A DNA stretch of 56,554 bases, from assembly GCA_001785735.1 (NCBI GenBank), contig MFUP01000014.1, forward strand, positions 1-56,554. The letters are read 5' to 3'. Origin of the DNA: Candidatus Nomurabacteria bacterium RIFCSPLOWO2_01_FULL_33_24 (GTDB lineage: Bacteria; Patescibacteriota; Minisyncoccia; Phycocordibacterales; MFUP01). A program made the position numbers and the translations under genes. Shown here one piece after another: positions 45,338 through 55,600 of the stretch. Numbering within the stretch: position 1 is the first letter of the stretch; every line of letters begins with the position of its first letter. A model generated the notes under the pieces. It worked only from the letters and a program-made list of their open reading frames with translations. It had not been told where the DNA came from and searched no databases.

Positions 45338-47305
45338 ATGTTAAATAAATTTAAAAAACAATTTTCAAAAAAGATAACTTTCCTGATTGTTATTTTTACT
45401 ATTTTTTTATTAGTATCTTTTCCAATCGCTCAAACCCCAAAGGTTCAAGCTCAAAGTGATACGGTTCCGGCGATTGGAACTATTACTTATTCGGACAAAA
45501 CCAACGAATCAGCTGTTTTGCTTGGATCCTGGGATAGTGGCGATAACGAAGATACTGAAATGAAAACTTATTTTGAATGGGGGCTAAGTGATGATTATGG
45601 CGAAAGAACTAATGAAATTTATCAAGGTCCCGGTTCGGGAATAGTTGGAACTACTATTATTGGACTCCATTCAAATCGCCCTTATCATTTTAGACTAGTG
45701 GGAGAAGTAGTTAACCAGGGGTCTTATGCCAACCAAACTTTCTATGGAGAGGATGTTTCTTTTGTTACTAATCAATATATTGGAGGGGGGGGGAAAAAAC
45801 CAGAAATTATTACTTTGGACACCGATTATATCAGCGATACTGCGGGAAATCTTAATGCTCATTTTGAGGATGAGAATTCTGGCCTTGATACTAATATTTA
45901 TTTTGAATATGGAACAAGCGATTCTTTCGGTAATATTACTGGAACAAATACTATGAGTGATCAAAGTGGCACAACCGCAATATATATCGAAAACTTACAT
46001 CCTGATAATCAGTATTATTTTAGAGCCGTTGGTTATAACGATAATGGGATAACTATTGGAAATACTTTAATTTTTATTACTTATAAGGCTGGCGATGAAG
46101 GAAGCGGAAGACCTCCATCAGAAAATGGAAGAGTCTATGTGGAAGGATCAGGAAATATCTTCAGACAAAAAACATACTCCGGGGGTATTGGCGATCCCTC
46201 AAGCACAGGAGCAAAGACTGTTGGGGGAATTGCTTTAGCTATTGCCAGCTGTGCCGGAGTAGGAGATATGATTGCCGATTTTATTGGTGGAATTGGTAAA
46301 GAAGCGGCAGATAAAGTGGGAAATGAATTGAAAGAAAAGACAAAAACAACAGTAGAAGATAAAGTGGGGAGTGAATTAACTACTCCGGCTGTCCCGACAA
46401 AAGAGGTGTCAAGCAGTGAAATATCAAAAGACACAGAAAAAAATAAAAAGGAAAATAAGGCATTAAATCAAAAGGAAAAATGTTTGGATGCCATTGCTTA
46501 TGAAGCCGCTCATCAGGTCCTTGATAAGTTAACCGCCAATACTGTTAATTGGATTAATTCTGGTTTTCAAGGAGGCGCTTTTTTCCAAAACCCAGATAAT
46601 TATTTTTCCGATTTGGCTGAAAGAGAACTTAATTATTTTATAAATATAATCGGGTATAACAATCAAGATTATCCTTTTGGAAGACGGTTGGCTGAAAATC
46701 TCGCTCGTAATGTTAGGAGAGGATTTGAACAAAATGCTAAATTTACCCTTCAGCAAGCAATGAGGGATAATCGTTCTTATACTGATTTTTACACTGATTT
46801 TTCTGCTGGTGGCTGGGATGCTTGGCTGATGATGACCCAATTACCCCAAAATAATCCTGTTGGTTTTAAAATAATAACTGACGAAGAATTGCAAAAACGA
46901 TTTGCCGGTCATTATGAATCTCCTTTTAATGCTATTAGAGAAAGTCTTAGAATAAACGGAGGTTTCTTCAACCAACAAAAATGCGTTGACCCGGTAGATT
47001 TTGAGGAATTAGATAAAAATAATTTTACAAAGGAAGACTTATCGTATGTTCAAAAAATAGCTTATGCTGGTAGCTCAAGCGAAGACCAAAAAAAGGCGGC
47101 TAGAGAAGATATTAGAAAACACACTTGCCTGCGATGGGAAACAAGGACTCCGGGGAATATGATCTCTGATGGGCTTAGTAATGCTTTGGGTTCAGATTTT
47201 AAACAAATGGAATTAGCCGATGAATTAAACGAATCAATCGCGGCGATAATGGATGCTTTGATTTACCGGGTTGTTGATGAAGGATTAAGTGAAATTAATT
47301 TGTAA
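45338..47305 (+). CDS. Secreted protein: two FN3-like domains plus a helical domain (T4SS-locus associated)
   Basis: Signal peptide; two YFE(W/Y)G...L...Y(H/Y)FRxV repeats; C-terminal TVNWINSGF domain. Confidence 0.75.
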   Translation: MLNKFKKQFSKKITFLIVIFTIFLLVSFPIAQTPKVQAQSDTVPAIGTITYSDKTNESAVLLGSWDSGDNEDTEMKTYFEWGLSDDYGERTNEIYQGPGSGIVGTTIIGLHSNRPYHFRLVGEVVNQGSYANQTFYGEDVSFVTNQYIGGGGKKPEIITLDTDYISDTAGNLNAHFEDENSGLDTNIYFEYGTSDSFGNITGTNTMSDQSGTTAIYIENLHPDNQYYFRAVGYNDNGITIGNTLIFITYKAGDEGSGRPPSENGRVYVEGSGNIFRQKTYSGGIGDPSSTGAKTVGGIALAIASCAGVGDMIADFIGGIGKEAADKVGNELKEKTKTTVEDKVGSELTTPAVPTKEVSSSEISKDTEKNKKENKALNQKEKCLDAIAYEAAHQVLDKLTANTVNWINSGFQGGAFFQNPDNYFSDLAERELNYFINIIGYNNQDYPFGRRLAENLARNVRRGFEQNAKFTLQQAMRDNRSYTDFYTDFSAGGWDAWLMMTQLPQNNPVGFKIITDEELQKRFAGHYESPFNAIRESLRINGGFFNQQKCVDPVDFEELDKNNFTKEDLSYVQKIAYAGSSSEDQKKAAREDIRKHTCLRWETRTPGNMISDGLSNALGSDFKQMELADELNESIAAIMDALIYRVVDEGLSEINL

Positions 47306-49929
47306 TGAAAAAATTTTTAATACCAATATTAATAATCACAATTTTTCTAGGGGGAGTTTTGGTCCCGATTGGTTTTAAATTTGATTCTCAAAACAAAATT
47401 GCTGTTGAAAAAAATATCGCTTGGGCTTTTCTAGCCGATATAACTGATATTACTGTTTCAGAAACGGGGGCTTCGGCAGTAATAACGGGGGAATTCACCA
47501 CTGCTCCTCGTTCTTATTTTGTGAAAGTGCGTAATACTACCACGAATGATGAAAAAAAATATCCTCTTAGTGTTACTAATTTAAAATTTTTAATAACAGT
47601 TACATTAACTCAAGGCCAGTCATATGAAGCGGATGTGTGGCAAGTAGATAATGCCCAAGGGGGGGCTTCGAGAGCAAGTCATTCTGTTCAATTTGAGGCA
47701 GTTTATTCAACCCCCGAAGAAAAAGCGACCCAAAGAGCAAATAATTTCATCGGGGACGAATTAGATTGTGGTTACACAACAATCTTTACAGATTGTCTAG
47801 TGCTTGGACTTTATAATATAGTTTATGTTCCTTCTTCTTGGATATTGGCCGGGGGAGGAAAAATATTTGATGTTTTTGCCAGTATCTCTTTAGATTCAAG
47901 AATGTATGGGGATTCTACTTTTGTGGAAGAGGGGTGGAAAATTGTTAGAGATATCGCTAACATCTTTTTTATTTTTGGTCTTCTTTGGATTGCCATTAAC
48001 ATTATTTTGGGGTTAAGTTCTCAGGTGAATCCTAAAAAATTATTACCTACTTTAATTATTGTCGCTCTTTTAATAAATTTTAGTTTATTTTTTTCTAAAG
48101 TAATTATAGATTCCTCCAATATTATTGCCAAAATTTTTTATAATCGGATTGAGGTTACTGGAGCCGTCGGAGATAGTTTTACCTCGGCTGGAGAACAAAG
48201 TTTATCTCTGGGAATTACCAAAGGATTGGGAGTCCAAAAAATTTTTTCGCCTGAGACAATAGAAGCCCTAAAAGCTGATCCCAAAATGAATACTGATGGG
48301 GATATTAGTTTGGGAGCGCTGGCTCTTATTATTATTTTGGGAATATTTGTTAATCTTTCAGCTGCTTGGACGCTTATTATTGCCGGCGTCTTATTCTTAA
48401 GCCGAATATTAAGTTTGTGGATAGTAATGATCTTCTCTCCTTTGGCTTTTGCTTCTTACGCTGTTCCGGGAATAAGTTCAATGATGGAGGAGGTGGGACA
48501 CCAAAAATGGTGGACTAATCTTATTAACCTTTCTTTTCTGGCTCCCATTTTTATCTTCTTTATTTACTTAATTATCCTGATGATTAATAGCGACTTTCTA
48601 TCTGGTTTGTTAAATACAGGAGGAGATTTTACTTACATAATGGTTATTATTCTTTTACAATTCTTATTCATTCTCTTTTTATTAAAAATGGCCAAGCAAA
48701 CAGCGGAAAAATTAGCCGGGGAAATGGGATCAACTTTTGTAAAAGCAGCCAAAGCTGTTGGGGGGGTAGCCCTGGGAGCAGCTACCGGCGGAGCCGCTTT
48801 AATGGGAAGAGCTAGTCTTGGAAGAGTGGGAAGTATGCTTGCTAAAAGCGAAAGACTCAAAAGATTTGCTTCTGGAACAGACAAGGAAGGCAATGAAGTC
48901 AAACGTGGTGCTTTTGGGAAACTAGCTCAATTTGGCGCTAAAGGACTTAGAAAAACATCTATTGCTTCCGCCAAAGGAAGTTGGGATATCCGTCGAACAG
49001 CTGTGGGGGGAGAATTGTCTAAACAAACAGGATTGAATCTTGACAATAAAATTGTCAGTGGGGTTGGTTTAGGGACCAAAACAACCACCGGCGGTTGGAC
49101 AGAGGCAACAAAAAGAAAAGCCCAAAAAATAAAGGAGGAACAAAAATCATATGGGATGGGAAAGGGAGCGGCAACAGGACAAGATAAAAAGGTTAGTCAA
49201 TGGAAAAATGAAAAACAATCAACTGATGATGCTCGGGAGGAAGAGAAAAAAGAGAAAAAAGATAAATACGAAGAAGAATATAATAAAGCTCGAGAAGAAG
49301 AAAAAAGAGATGTTGTTTATGACCCTGATAGAGAATATAACGAGGAAGAGTTTAGGAAAAAATATGAATCTGAACATGGAAAAGCTGATAGTTGGGAAGA
49401 AAAAGACGAGGAACAATTTAAACAAAAATATGAAACTGGCGGTAAAACATATATTGGAGAAACTAGCGCCAGGCCGAAAACTTCCAAGGAAATTAATGAA
49501 GCTCGGAGAGAAAGTTTTACCAAGCAACAAACCGGTGATATCTATGATAAAAGCGGAAAAATAATCCCGGGAAAAGCTTTTAAGGAATTTGGTAAAGACT
49601 TAATAAAAGAAACCTTAAAAGGGATGGCTCTGGGGGCGGCTGTTGGAACAGTTATTCCAGGAGCAGGAACTATGGTTGGCGGTGCTTTTGGCGCGGGAGC
49701 AGGATTTTTGAAAGGATTAAAAGATTTACTAATTAATCCGTCTGGGAGAGAACGAGAAGTAATTGACGCTCTTGAAAGTGAAGATAGCGATTCAAAAAAA
49801 ATTCTTGATGATTTAAAGAAAAAAATAAAGGAAGAAGAAAAAGAGAAAAAAGAAGAAAAAGAAGAAAAAGAAGAAAAAGAGAAAAAAGAAGAAAAAGAAG
49901 AAAATAATAAAAATGAAAACATTAATTAA
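47305..49929 (+). CDS. VirB6/TrbL-like polytopic membrane protein
   Basis: GWKIVRDIANIFFI, LLINFS, multiple TM segments, Gly/Ala-rich then charged C-terminal tail; lies upstream of PrgI/VirB4. Confidence 0.7.
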   Translation: MKKFLIPILIITIFLGGVLVPIGFKFDSQNKIAVEKNIAWAFLADITDITVSETGASAVITGEFTTAPRSYFVKVRNTTTNDEKKYPLSVTNLKFLITVTLTQGQSYEADVWQVDNAQGGASRASHSVQFEAVYSTPEEKATQRANNFIGDELDCGYTTIFTDCLVLGLYNIVYVPSSWILAGGGKIFDVFASISLDSRMYGDSTFVEEGWKIVRDIANIFFIFGLLWIAINIILGLSSQVNPKKLLPTLIIVALLINFSLFFSKVIIDSSNIIAKIFYNRIEVTGAVGDSFTSAGEQSLSLGITKGLGVQKIFSPETIEALKADPKMNTDGDISLGALALIIILGIFVNLSAAWTLIIAGVLFLSRILSLWIVMIFSPLAFASYAVPGISSMMEEVGHQKWWTNLINLSFLAPIFIFFIYLIILMINSDFLSGLLNTGGDFTYIMVIILLQFLFILFLLKMAKQTAEKLAGEMGSTFVKAAKAVGGVALGAATGGAALMGRASLGRVGSMLAKSERLKRFASGTDKEGNEVKRGAFGKLAQFGAKGLRKTSIASAKGSWDIRRTAVGGELSKQTGLNLDNKIVSGVGLGTKTTTGGWTEATKRKAQKIKEEQKSYGMGKGAATGQDKKVSQWKNEKQSTDDAREEEKKEKKDKYEEEYNKAREEEKRDVVYDPDREYNEEEFRKKYESEHGKADSWEEKDEEQFKQKYETGGKTYIGETSARPKTSKEINEARRESFTKQQTGDIYDKSGKIIPGKAFKEFGKDLIKETLKGMALGAAVGTVIPGAGTMVGGAFGAGAGFLKGLKDLLINPSGREREVIDALESEDSDSKKILDDLKKKIKEEEKEKKEEKEEKEEKEKKEEKEENNKNENIN

Positions 49930-49942
49930 TAATTAAAAAGAT

Positions 49943-50635
49943 ATGAATAATCAAATTGCCCAAGCTATAAAACAAAGATATGATAATATGCCAGAGGATA
50001 TAAAACAAATTATTGTTTCATCTGATTATCAAGATGGTTTAGTCAATATTAGTAAAAAATTTAAATTAAACATTGAACAACTTGGTGTTTTAGAAATAAA
50101 TACTACTATGGTTTTATTAGGAATCATTAACCCGAATAAACTTCAAGAAGAACTTGAAAAAGAACTAAACATTAATAGTGAAAAAACTAAAGGTATTACT
50201 AAGGAAATTAATGATCAGATTTTTCATAAAGTTAAATGGTCATTAGAAAAAATATTTAACAATTCTGAAGATAAGATATCTAAAGAATCTTTAATAGAAA
50301 AAAATAAACAAAAAAATCAACCTCCTGTTAATTTACCCGTTGGAGAACCGGGTAAGACAATTAATATTTTAGAAAAAGATTTGGCTCATCAGGTGAAAAC
50401 TGATGAAGATTTAGAAGAGAGGGAAGAAATATTAAGAAGAATAGAGGATTCTCCAATTGATAAAAAAGAAAAGTGGGATAAAAACTTTGAAATTAAAAAC
50501 AAAGAAGAATCTGGCATTATTGAAGAAAAAATGAAAAGTTTATTTAGGGTCCCAAGCCAAGAAACAGATTATTCAAAGGATAATAAAAAAGATATTTATA
50601 AGGGGAAAGATCCTTATAAAGAAACTATAAAGTAA
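49943..50635 (+). CDS. Hypothetical protein in the T4SS-like cluster
   Basis: 230 aa, helical N-terminal domain, C-terminal DPYKETI. Confidence 0.75.
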   Translation: MNNQIAQAIKQRYDNMPEDIKQIIVSSDYQDGLVNISKKFKLNIEQLGVLEINTTMVLLGIINPNKLQEELEKELNINSEKTKGITKEINDQIFHKVKWSLEKIFNNSEDKISKESLIEKNKQKNQPPVNLPVGEPGKTINILEKDLAHQVKTDEDLEEREEILRRIEDSPIDKKEKWDKNFEIKNKEESGIIEEKMKSLFRVPSQETDYSKDNKKDIYKGKDPYKETIK

Positions 50636-50636
50636 A

Positions 50637-51050
50637 ATGCGATTTAGAGTGCCACAATTTATTGATATTGAAGACAAGGTTTTTGGTCCTTTTAGCTTTA
50701 AACAATTTGTTTATTTAGCTGGTGGAGGAGGTCTTTCTTATGTTATTTTTAAAATTTTGCCACTTTTTATTGCTATCTTTCTTATTTTGCCGGTGATAGC
50801 TTTATCTTTGGCCCTAACATTTTATAAAGTAAACAATAAACCATTTATTGCTGTTTTGGAATCTTATTTTAAATATCTTATTCAGGGAAAATTATATATT
50901 TGGAGAAAAGAAAGAAAAATAACAAAAAAGAAAGAGGTTGATAAAATTTCAAAAGAAACATCTCAAGTCCCCGGATTATCTGGAAGTAAGTTGAAAGAAA
51001 TTTCTTGGAGTTTAGATGTTTTAGATATCAATGAAGATAATAACCAATAA
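50637..51050 (+). CDS. PrgI-family (VirB3-like) membrane protein
   Basis: FRVPQFIDIEDKVFGPFSFKQF followed by 2 TM segments. Confidence 0.85.
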   Translation: MRFRVPQFIDIEDKVFGPFSFKQFVYLAGGGGLSYVIFKILPLFIAIFLILPVIALSLALTFYKVNNKPFIAVLESYFKYLIQGKLYIWRKERKITKKKEVDKISKETSQVPGLSGSKLKEISWSLDVLDINEDNNQ

Positions 51051-51053
51051 TTT

Positions 51054-51689
51054 ATGGCTTTAGGATCTAAAACAACTCAAAATTTTGTTCCTATTAAAGA
51101 GGTCCGAGGGGGAATTATTATTTTAAAAGATGGAGGAATGAGAACTATCTTAATGGCCTCTTCTACTAATCTGGCCCTTAAGTCAGAGGAGGAACAAAAA
51201 GCAATTATTTCCCAATTCCAAGCTTTTCTTAATTCTCTCGATTTTTCGACTCAAATTGTTATTCAATCAAAAAAATTAGATATAAAACCATATTTAATTT
51301 TATTAGAAAATAGAATGAAAGAACAAGAAGAGCCTCTTCTAAAAATTCAAACTAGAGAATATATTGAATTTATTCGAAGTTTTACGGAAGAAGTAAATAT
51401 TATGACAAAAAACTTTTATGTTGTTGTTCCCTATACCTTGGCCCCGTTTAATAAGGGAGGTGGCTTAAGAGAAAAATTTCTAGGTAGTTCCCAAAAAAAT
51501 AATCTTGGGGAAAAAATTTCTAGTTTTGAGGAGAGCAGAAGCCAGCTAGAACAAAGAATGGAGGTTATTCAACAAGGTCTTTCTAGGGTGGGAATTCAAA
51601 CAATCCGATTAGGAACAGAGGAGGTGGTTGAATTATTTTATAAAATATTTAACCCCGGCGACACCACTCAATCAATAAAAATAGAGTAA
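51054..51689 (+). CDS. VirB4/TraC N-terminal-like accessory protein
   Basis: NLALKSEEEQ..FQAFLNSLDF..QIVIQS..FYVVVPY; lies between PrgI and the ATPase. Confidence 0.7.
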   Translation: MALGSKTTQNFVPIKEVRGGIIILKDGGMRTILMASSTNLALKSEEEQKAIISQFQAFLNSLDFSTQIVIQSKKLDIKPYLILLENRMKEQEEPLLKIQTREYIEFIRSFTEEVNIMTKNFYVVVPYTLAPFNKGGGLREKFLGSSQKNNLGEKISSFEESRSQLEQRMEVIQQGLSRVGIQTIRLGTEEVVELFYKIFNPGDTTQSIKIE

Positions 51690-51691
51690 TT

Positions 51692-53740
51692 ATGAATATT
51701 CTTGATAAATTATTTAAAAAAAATGCAGGCAAGGATGAAGATTCTATTTCTCCGGTTCTTCCTCAAGAAATATATGAAGCGGCCACTCTTGAACTTCAAG
51801 ATATTATTGCCCCTTCAGCTTTAAAAATAGAAGCTAAATCAATCAATCTTGGAGAAAAACTCGCTAGAACTTTTTTTGTTATTTCTTACCCAAGATATTT
51901 AACCGATAATTGGTTCTCTCCAATTATTAATTTGGATAAGATTTTTGATGTTTCTATTTTTATTCATCCAATTGAAACATCAAAAATCTTGCGTCAATTT
52001 CAAAAAAAAGTAGCGGAGGTTCAGAGTCAAATTAACGTCCGAGAAGGAAAAGGGTTGGTTCGCGACCCCAAACTTGATACTGCTTATCAAGACTTAGAAT
52101 CTCTTCGGGATCAGCTTCAGCAAGCCACGGAAAAAATGTTTGAGGTTGGACTTTATATTACAATTTATGCCGAAAATGAATCTGAGCTTTATAAAACTGA
52201 AACTGAAATTAAATCTATTTTGGAAGCTAAATTAGTTTATATCAAACCAGCTCTTTTTCAACAAGAAGAAGGATTTAAAAGTACTATTCCGATTGGAACT
52301 GATCTTCTTAGGGTAAACCAAAAATTAAATTCGGAACCGTTGTCTAGTCTTTTCCCTTTTATTTCTTTTGATCTTACTTCGGATAAAGGGATTCTTTATG
52401 GGGTCAACCGACATAATTCAAGTTTAGTAATTTTTGATCGGTTTTCACTTCCCAATTTTAATTCGATTATTCTCGCCACCGCGGGAGCGGGAAAATCATA
52501 CGCAACCAAGTTGGAAATTTTAAGAACCTTAATGTTTGATACTGAAGTTATTGTGATTGACCCAGAAAGAGAGTATGAATACTTGGCAGAAGCAATTGGG
52601 GGTCGTTATTTTAATATTTCTCTTTCTTCTGATCATCATATTAATCCATTTGATTTAGCAATTCCTCGGGAAGACGAGACTGCTTCAGATGTTTTGAGAT
52701 CAAATATTATTAATTTAGTCGGTCTTTTTAGGATTATGTTAGGAGGGTTAACCCCCGAAGAAGATTCCCTAATTGACAGAGCAATCTCTGAAACCTATGC
52801 CATAAAAGATATTACCGTTGATTCAGATTTTTCTGATATTGAACCACCTCTTTTGTCTGATTTTGAAATGGTTTTATCGGGGATGGAGGGAACAGAATCT
52901 ATTATTCAAAGACTTTCCAAATATACTAGGGGAAGTTGGAAAACCTTTATTAACCAACCAAGCAATATTGATATTAATAAAAAATTTGTTGTTTTTTCAG
53001 TTAGAGATATGGAGGATGAATTGAAGCCGGTGGCGATGTATATAGTTACTCATTATATTTGGACAGCCATTAGAAAAGAATTGAAAAAAAGATTATTGGT
53101 GGTTGACGAGGCTTGGTGGATGATGAAATCGGAAGATACTGCTTCTTTTCTTTACGGGATTGCTAAAAGAGGTAGAAAATATTATTTAGGTTTAGCAACT
53201 ATTACTCAAGATGTTGGTGATTTTATGGAATCACCTTATGGTATTCCGATTATTACCAACTCGTCTATTCAAGTTCTTCTTAAACAATCTCCTAGCACCA
53301 TTGATGTTCTTCAAAAAACATTTAATTTAACCGATGAAGAAAAATATCTTATTTTGGAAGCTGGTCTTGGAGAAGGAATTTTCTTTGCCGGCCTGAAACA
53401 TATCGCCATAAAAACCATTGCTTCTTATACAGAAGATCAAATTATTACTTCGGACCCATCTCAAATTTTAGCAATTGAGAAAGCAAAAAAAGAACTGGAA
53501 AGAAATGAGGAAATATCAAATTCAGACTCAGAAAGGTTGCCAGCTGGTCAAACATGGATTAACGAACCAACCCCGGCTATTGAAGAAAAAACTATCAAAA
53601 AAGAACCTGAAAAACCCGAAGAAATACCTAAACCAAAGGATGAAAAACCAATCGTCAATCCAAGTAGAACCTCAAAATTAGAAGAGACCAAGAAAGGAAT
53701 AGAGGAGGAGTTAAAAATTCTTGAAGAAAAGTTTAAGTAG
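51692..53740 (+). CDS. VirB4-like T4SS ATPase
   Basis: LYGVN, Walker A ATAGAGKS, IDPEREY, INPFD, Walker B LVVDEAW, RKY, ITQD. Confidence 0.92.
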   Translation: MNILDKLFKKNAGKDEDSISPVLPQEIYEAATLELQDIIAPSALKIEAKSINLGEKLARTFFVISYPRYLTDNWFSPIINLDKIFDVSIFIHPIETSKILRQFQKKVAEVQSQINVREGKGLVRDPKLDTAYQDLESLRDQLQQATEKMFEVGLYITIYAENESELYKTETEIKSILEAKLVYIKPALFQQEEGFKSTIPIGTDLLRVNQKLNSEPLSSLFPFISFDLTSDKGILYGVNRHNSSLVIFDRFSLPNFNSIILATAGAGKSYATKLEILRTLMFDTEVIVIDPEREYEYLAEAIGGRYFNISLSSDHHINPFDLAIPREDETASDVLRSNIINLVGLFRIMLGGLTPEEDSLIDRAISETYAIKDITVDSDFSDIEPPLLSDFEMVLSGMEGTESIIQRLSKYTRGSWKTFINQPSNIDINKKFVVFSVRDMEDELKPVAMYIVTHYIWTAIRKELKKRLLVVDEAWWMMKSEDTASFLYGIAKRGRKYYLGLATITQDVGDFMESPYGIPIITNSSIQVLLKQSPSTIDVLQKTFNLTDEEKYLILEAGLGEGIFFAGLKHIAIKTIASYTEDQIITSDPSQILAIEKAKKELERNEEISNSDSERLPAGQTWINEPTPAIEEKTIKKEPEKPEEIPKPKDEKPIVNPSRTSKLEETKKGIEEELKILEEKFK

Positions 53741-53786
53741 AGAGGAAAATGGTGTTTTAATAATGTTATAATATATAATAATTGTA

Positions 53787-54584
53787 ATGATTGAAGATAA
53801 AAATAAAAAAAATACAAAGGGAGAGGAAAAAAACGAAAAAAAAGTGAAGACTATTAGAACTTTTGCCTCTGATATGGCTAAGGCTGTGGAAAATCAGAAA
53901 CGAGACTTAAAAAAAACAACCATAGATACTTTATCTGCTAATAATGTGGTTTCTTCTTTTTCCCAAACACCAGAATCAGCAACAACTTCTTCGCCGTCAG
54001 TTGTTAATAATATTTCTAATCAATCATTTGATAGCGAGGAACAAAAAAAAGAAAATGAAAAAATTTTGAAAAATTCCGGGATAGAGGTAATTAATCAAGA
54101 AATAGATAAACCACCTCAAGAAACAAAAATTACTGCTCCTTTTATAAAAAAAGTCCCGGCGGGAGAAACAAAAGAGAAAATAAAAGAATTTAAAAAAGCC
54201 AAAGAAAATATTGGGGAAGAAATAAAACAACTAGAAGAGGAGTTTAATAAAGAAATTGGGGAAAACAAAAAAACAACAAAGTCGCCTAAAAAAGATGAGT
54301 CTGTTAGTTTGGAAGAAAAAGCCAAGGAACTAAAAAGAACTAAGGATAAAATTGAGGAAGAAATAAAAAGTCTTGAAGAAAATGCCAAGAAAGAATTAAC
54401 TGGGTTAAAAGAAACAAAGAAAAAAATTGAGGGGGCCATAAATAAAATAAAAGAATTAGAGAAAAATAAAAATAAAATTGAGGAAGAAATAAATAAAATA
54501 AAAGAATTAGAGGAAAATAAAAAGAAAATTGAGGAAGAAATAAAAAGCCTTGAGGGGGGTTTAGGAGGGGTTTTTGATGATTAA
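53787..54584 (+). CDS. Cytoplasmic coiled-coil protein
   Basis: N-terminal IRTFASDMAKAV; K/E-rich repeats. Confidence 0.75.
   Translation: MIEDKNKKNTKGEEKNEKKVKTIRTFASDMAKAVENQKRDLKKTTIDTLSANNVVSSFSQTPESATTSSPSVVNNISNQSFDSEEQKKENEKILKNSGIEVINQEIDKPPQETKITAPFIKKVPAGETKEKIKEFKKAKENIGEEIKQLEEEFNKEIGENKKTTKSPKKDESVSLEEKAKELKRTKDKIEEEIKSLEENAKKELTGLKETKKKIEGAINKIKELEKNKNKIEEEINKIKELEENKKKIEEEIKSLEGGLGGVFDD
54348..54554 (+). repeat. Coding tandem repeats with a 51-bp (17-aa) period
   Basis: AAAATTGAG at 54423, 54474 and 54525, with a related copy at 54348. Confidence 0.75.
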
Positions 54585-54589
54585 AAATA

Positions 54590-55597
54590 ATGATTAAATT
54601 AATAAAAAATAATTTAAAAATTAATATTATAAGAGAATTATTAATAATTTCTATTGGTGTTTTTATATTATTAGCAATCCCTGTTAGGGCCCAATATGAA
54701 TCAGATATTCCAATTAAAATGACCCCCGAAATCCCAGGAGCTTATGAAAGAACAACTTTAAAAATAGAGAGTTATTTAATTGATACTGAGACTACTAAAA
54801 TATCGTGGTCTCAGGACGGAAAACTTAAACTTTCTGGAATAGGAGAAGAGAGTTTTTCTTTTACCACAGGAGAAGTTGGCTCAAAAACAACCATAAAAAC
54901 CGTGGTGGCCACTAGCGGTGGTTCAATAAGTAAAACAACTATTATCCAGCCAGCTGAGATTGATTTACTTTGGCAAGCAACTGATTCTTATGTTCCCCCT
55001 TTTTATAAAGGAAAGGCTCTCCCTTCGTCAGAGGCAAAAATTAAGGTTGTCGCTATCCCAAACGTTAAAGTTAATAATCGTGGTTTGGGGGTAAATGATT
55101 TTGTTTTTAATTGGAAAAAAAATTACAACATTATGCCGGGATCTTCTGGTTTTGGTAAAGATTCTTTCAACTTAACAAGTAATATTTTAAATGATGCTGA
55201 AAAAATCACCTTAAAAATAGCTTCTCTTGACGGGAAGTATGGGGCTCAAAACAATATTTCTATAAAAACAACGGATCCTAAAATTGTTTTTTATGAGAAT
55301 AATCCTATTCGTGGAATAAATTATGATAATGCTTTAAATAACGGTTTTTCTATGACCAGCGAAGAAACTACTATTGTGGCTGAACCTTATTTTTTCTCTC
55401 CTTCCGATATTTATCTTCGTGATTATAAATATCAGTGGTTAATTAATAACCAAACAATAGAAATCCCTAGTCCTCAAAATATATTGACTGTTCGTAGAGG
55501 AGAAGGGGGAGGGGGGGTAACAACTATTTCTTTATCAATGGAAAATATGATGAAACTTTTTCAATCAGCTAAAGCCTTTATGTCAATTAATTTGTAA
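54590..55597 (+). CDS. Secreted beta-rich (Ig-like) hypothetical protein
   Basis: Signal peptide (..PVRA); DLLWQATDSYVPPFYKGKALP; AEPYFFS. Confidence 0.8.
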   Translation: MIKLIKNNLKINIIRELLIISIGVFILLAIPVRAQYESDIPIKMTPEIPGAYERTTLKIESYLIDTETTKISWSQDGKLKLSGIGEESFSFTTGEVGSKTTIKTVVATSGGSISKTTIIQPAEIDLLWQATDSYVPPFYKGKALPSSEAKIKVVAIPNVKVNNRGLGVNDFVFNWKKNYNIMPGSSGFGKDSFNLTSNILNDAEKITLKIASLDGKYGAQNNISIKTTDPKIVFYENNPIRGINYDNALNNGFSMTSEETTIVAEPYFFSPSDIYLRDYKYQWLINNQTIEIPSPQNILTVRRGEGGGGVTTISLSMENMMKLFQSAKAFMSINL

Positions 55598-55600
55598 AAA

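Noticed and set aside
49830..49905. GAAGAAAAA-type repeats at the end of the VirB6-like gene
   Set aside because: In-frame low-complexity K/E tail; not a CRISPR array or a phase-variable frameshift tract.
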